Shown piece by piece: positions 59,901-64,000 of a stretch of DNA of 64,000 bases. Below the pieces are notes generated by a model. The model made no database searches and was not told the DNA's origin. It saw only the letters and a program-made list of their open reading frames with translations. The stretch's first letter is position 1. Every line of letters starts with the position of its first letter. Made by a program: the position numbers and the translations under genes. This stretch comes from Owenia fusiformis (lineage: Eukaryota). The stretch is taken from NCBI GenBank assembly GCA_903813345.2, contig CAIIXF020000001.1, positions 22,072,001 through 22,136,000 of the forward strand, read 5' to 3'.

Positions 59901-62045
59901 ATTTTTTAATTATGTACGACATATTACTCAATCATTACATTTACATGCATACTAGAATTCAAAAAAATAATTTTTGTGAAGCAGACCCAATCTTAAAATC
60001 ATCTTCATCCTAGATCATCCCAGTATATACTCAAAAAGATGAATGTATCGTATTTTGATTCAATTCAATGAATTTCAAACCATTTTTGATATTATTTAAA
60101 TTCTGGACACGCACTGAAATTTTGTCCAGATTATAAACAATTTATTACAAATAAAATATGTAATAATTATTCATTTATTAATACTTAAAAAATGTTTAGA
60201 AATTGAGGATCCAGGAAAAGGTTGCCAATGAAATGTACTGGTCAGTGACTTGGATAAGAGTTTGAAGAATAATACAATTTCCATTTTGTTCCGCGTTAAT
60301 TGTTAAAAAAAGTATTTCTAAATAATTCTTAAAAATAAAAATACTTTTCCTATACATACTTAGTTTCATTATTATGAGTAACTTGAATTATGGATAATAT
60401 ATAATTTGAAGATTATCCTAGATGAAGTTAGAAGTGAAATTAAAACAATTTGAATTAAATTGCGTTATGATGACAGCATGTCGTTTATTAAAAAACATCA
60501 TGAATATTTTATGTTTTCTAATAAATTGTGAGACGCAGAACGTGCGTCCGTCACAACTCTGAGAGGTAATATTGGATTGAATTCAGTTATGGTGATAAAA
60601 ATAAAAATTAATGTGAAACTAAAATAATCTGATTTTCATTTCTTATTTTCTCATTCTTATATGAACATGTTTTTATAAAATTACAATATTCGTTTTAAGC
60701 TAGGCCTAAATCTAATTTAATTGAAAATTTATTCTGTTTGGTTCAATTTCGATAATTTTTACTGGTTTGAAATTTTGTTTTGAGTAGGAAAGCTGTATTT
60801 TAATCTGAATAATATGATTTTATGATGGTAATAATGACATTGGCCTTTATTCATGCTGTATAAGTATTTGAATAATCACTCGAGGTTACTATTTCCAAAA
60901 AATGCAAAATACAGTTAAAGAAAATATATTAAATCCAATGTAAAAAACGTTCACGAACCTTTTTCTGTACTCAATCCTGAAATGGCGTGTCCGACCGCAA
61001 ACTCTGCATTCGTTGGCCTCGTATATCCATAGAGGGATACGTCTAGTTCTTCTCTACTAAACCCATACTTTGCTACGGGGGCATAGATGCGATGCCTTTG
61101 ATCCTTTGGGAGGGATGGAATTGCAAAGTGGGGACCATGATTGGCGTGGTCGGGCGTGGTTGAAAGGTGTGGCAGTTGAATGGTGGGGTGACTAGAATAT
61201 GTAGGTGGGCTATGGTGTTGACCGGTGAAGGGCTGACGATTGGTTATATGGGAGTTTGAGGCGAGTGTAGAGAGGAGGGACGTAGCAGATGAACAGTTGA
61301 GAGACGATAGGGGGGAAAATGGGGGAAGCGAACTCGATGCAGTTGTGATTTTAGGGGAAGTAATGGTAGATTGTCCTGAATTTTGTGTATCTTCTTCATT
61401 TTTATTTTCCACCTCGTTTGAGATTTTAGCATCGGGGGATTTCATTAAATGTTGGTGAATCGTTTGCCTGACGTATAATGATTTAGGCACATATTGCGGA
61501 TATGGTATATTCGATTGTTCTGTATTCATTTCTTCCTTTACTGTGCAATTGTCAATTATATTTTTCTCAGATTGCAATCTAGAACAGTTCAATTCATTGT
61601 TATCCTTCTCGGAGTTATTTTCTTCTGATTTTGGACTTGGTGTACGCAGATCTTTCTGAGCCTTTTCCAAAGATTCTTTTGACATATTCAATTTGTTAAT
61701 ATACATATTATTCCAGTATTGTCGCAATTCTGCCTCTTGGACCATATCCGGGGGAGAATGGTTCATATGCCCAGTGTTCTGTGGAAGAAACATCCGTAGC
61801 TGCGGCTGTAATGCGTCCAAATACTGGACTGGGCTACCCATCTGTGGGCTGATGTATCCGTGGTGAAGGTGGCTGCCTGGAACCATGATCTGCGGTATTA
61901 CGGACATACCTTGAGGAGGCGCCTGGTTGTACACTTGCTGTGTGAATACTGGCGTTTGTTGCGGAAAAGCCGGCGCTTGCTGGGCGATAATATGATGAAA
62001 GGGGTGCTGCATATTTTGGATGGAAATTGGCTGAACATCTGACAT
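50942..62045 (-). CDS. PRDM14: PR/SET domain zinc-finger protein 14 orthologue (10 coding exons)
   Basis: Exons 62045-60959, 55618-55538, 55239-55079 ([21 protein letters not shown]...MWE), 54663-54501 ([13 protein letters not shown]...[16 protein letters not shown]), 54049-53942 (ELLVWYGD), 53366-53234 ([33 protein letters not shown]), 52544-52418 ([24 protein letters not shown]), 52225-52115, 51597-51444 ([15 protein letters not shown]) and 51090-50942. All introns are GT-AG with compatible phases; the zinc-finger array is almost identical to recalled vertebrate PRDM14. Confidence 0.95.
58806..59337. mobile_element. Degenerate MITE in PRDM14 intron
   Basis: CCTCAACTGGTTACTTAGACGTGACGTCAA and TTGACGTTACGTCAAAGTAGCCAGTTGGGG form inverted arms. 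Confidence 0.55.
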
Positions 62046-64000
62046 GTTTCTGTAAAATTACAAAAATAGAAATATTGATATATAGAAAAGGTATGACAAT
62101 GATCCATGCACAATAATAAACTCAACTGATTTTTGACAATTTCCAAGACTACTTTCCTGATCGTGCTTGGCGATAAAATTACAAATAAGCTATGTTTTCA
62201 AAATAATTAAAAACTAATCAGAACAGAAATATTGTTAATGAAGAACTAAAAACTAATACTTATCAGTACCATCCAATCGTCCGTAGTTTATACTATTGTC
62301 GTGAGAATCGCTGTAGTTAATTTGAATAAATTATCTCAATTCCCTATGAGCTTCGCCAATGGAGTGACTCCTTTCTTCTGCTAACCGTATTTCGTCTGCT
62401 CGATGATTTTTTATTTTCCTCACACGCGACGGGAGTGTTGTTCACACATCTGAATTATCATCAATTTGCTCTTGGTTTTTCGTTTTGCTGGGATTAAATG
62501 TATGATTTGTGCCAATGAGGTGGGAGGTCCGAGAGTAGCGCGTTAATCCATCCTTATAAGGTAATTTTGCTGGTACATTGAATTCTAAAGGGGTAGATAC
62601 ATACAAAATGAAATGAATAAATAAAAGTGCCAGTGCTGACGTTTTTTAATAGCAGATATCCATAATTTAGAAATTGTTTAAGATTAAAAACAAGAAACTT
62701 TTTAATAAATTATCATTAGGTGTAGTGAATAATTGTAAAATTTTGTTGTAAAACTTATTTCAACAAAAAATGTCCTAGTCAATTTTCCTATGAATGTGAA
62801 TATCTACATTTATTATTTGAGAGTAGTTACACATTTTCCACTTTGAATCTTAAATATTACATAATTAAATTACAATATTGCTAAAATTGTATAATTCTCT
62901 ATGTTCTATTGAATCTCATTTTGCCCAGCTCCAGGTAAAATGGTCCGCCCTGATTAGAGTAGCACGGGGGCTTATTTACCCGAGGGCTGTACAAACCTTT
63001 ATAATTAGTATTAACATTTATCACATCAAAAGTGCCGCATTGCCTAATGCGCATGCGCACCAATTATATCAATTCAGAAAAGAGTGTTGTGTTTGACTTG
63101 GGTTGATCAATAGTAAGGTATCGAACATTGAATCAATTTTTGTTATTTTTTCTAAAGTCTTTCAGAAGTAGCCATAGATTCACTAAATAAAATAACAAAA
63201 CTTCGTGTAATACTAGAAGGTTGATTTTAAGCAGTAAAACAATTTTGTGTTTTGGTTAAATAAAACAAAAACATGTCCAATTCCAATGCTAATAAACTGT
63301 TTTGAATTATCCTATATTTTTTTATGTATATTCTACGTTTGTTGATATTGGTTGAAAATACAAATTATTGACGCAAAAACTTTCAACAATATTAAAGTCA
63401 TTTCTATTTTCTATTCAAAAAAGGTTTCAAATTCAATGACCCAATTTCAGTATTCCCTGAGACCTTGATAGCAAAGACACTATCATTCATTGCAATAATA
63501 ATTTATGAATTATTGAGGACCCGAAAAACACATTTGCTCCGATCCTAAATCCCCAAAGTTCAAGCGTTTGCACCAAGTAGTATCTAAAAGCCACTTTCGA
63601 TCTGCTGTTGAACTAACAAAAGTACGTGACGATGACAATAACTTCGTCCCCGGGAACAATACCTGGTTATGGCCTACACTAACGCTTCATGGTTTACAAC
63701 CACAGGCGGTAGTAATTGAATCGATCCAACGCTAGACATTTTCTTAGACAAATACAGTCGTTTCCTGAGCATTTGTAACATTTGAGTACAGTATAGGAAA
63801 AATAACATTTATTTTAGAAAGTACTGTTCTCAAGCCCCGGGTGAAGCACAATCAAACAGTTAACGAAATCAAGGGTAGCCTCCATGTACACGGTGGAAAT
63901 ATTACAAAGACCCTGCCTTGAAAAGTTAAGTTCTGTGCTATTATGGTTATGTTAAAAACGAAATGACTGGTTGTATTGTTTTTTATGAACTTCGTTATAC

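Noticed and set aside
62500-62565. Putative PRDM14 core promoter (TATAA-, CCAAT- and TAATCC-like motifs)
   Set aside because: Short motifs in AT-rich DNA without TSS data; insufficient support.

Overview
AT-rich eukaryotic (animal) genomic DNA with GT-AG spliceosomal genes and many DNA-transposon remnants. The repeat types and gene content suggest a marine invertebrate, probably a mollusc (inference). Genes reconstructed by hand from splice sites: (1) a 6-exon SNX10/11-like PX-domain sorting nexin (minus, 852-11114); (2) a divergently transcribed SLC45-family MFS transporter (plus, 15485-23955); (3) a tandem array of five intact 5-exon lipocalin genes (minus, 25167-48504), each with a signal peptide, six cysteines spaced like vertebrate RBP4/purpurin, and a C-terminal hydrophobic GPI-signal-like tail; (4) a PRDM14 orthologue (minus, 50942-62045; PR/SET domain plus six zinc fingers). 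The lipocalin array is the most notable item. It looks like a recently expanded family of surface-anchored RBP-like lipocalins, with divergence concentrated in exons 2-3, transposon-associated duplication junctions and copy-specific LINE insertions. Introns and intergenic DNA carry MITEs (Merlin-, PIF/Harbinger-, Tc1/mariner- and hAT-like), Helentron-type elements, a 2.4-kb element with 250-bp identical TIRs, LINE fragments and telomere-like repeats. No database searches were run; family assignments come from recalled motifs.
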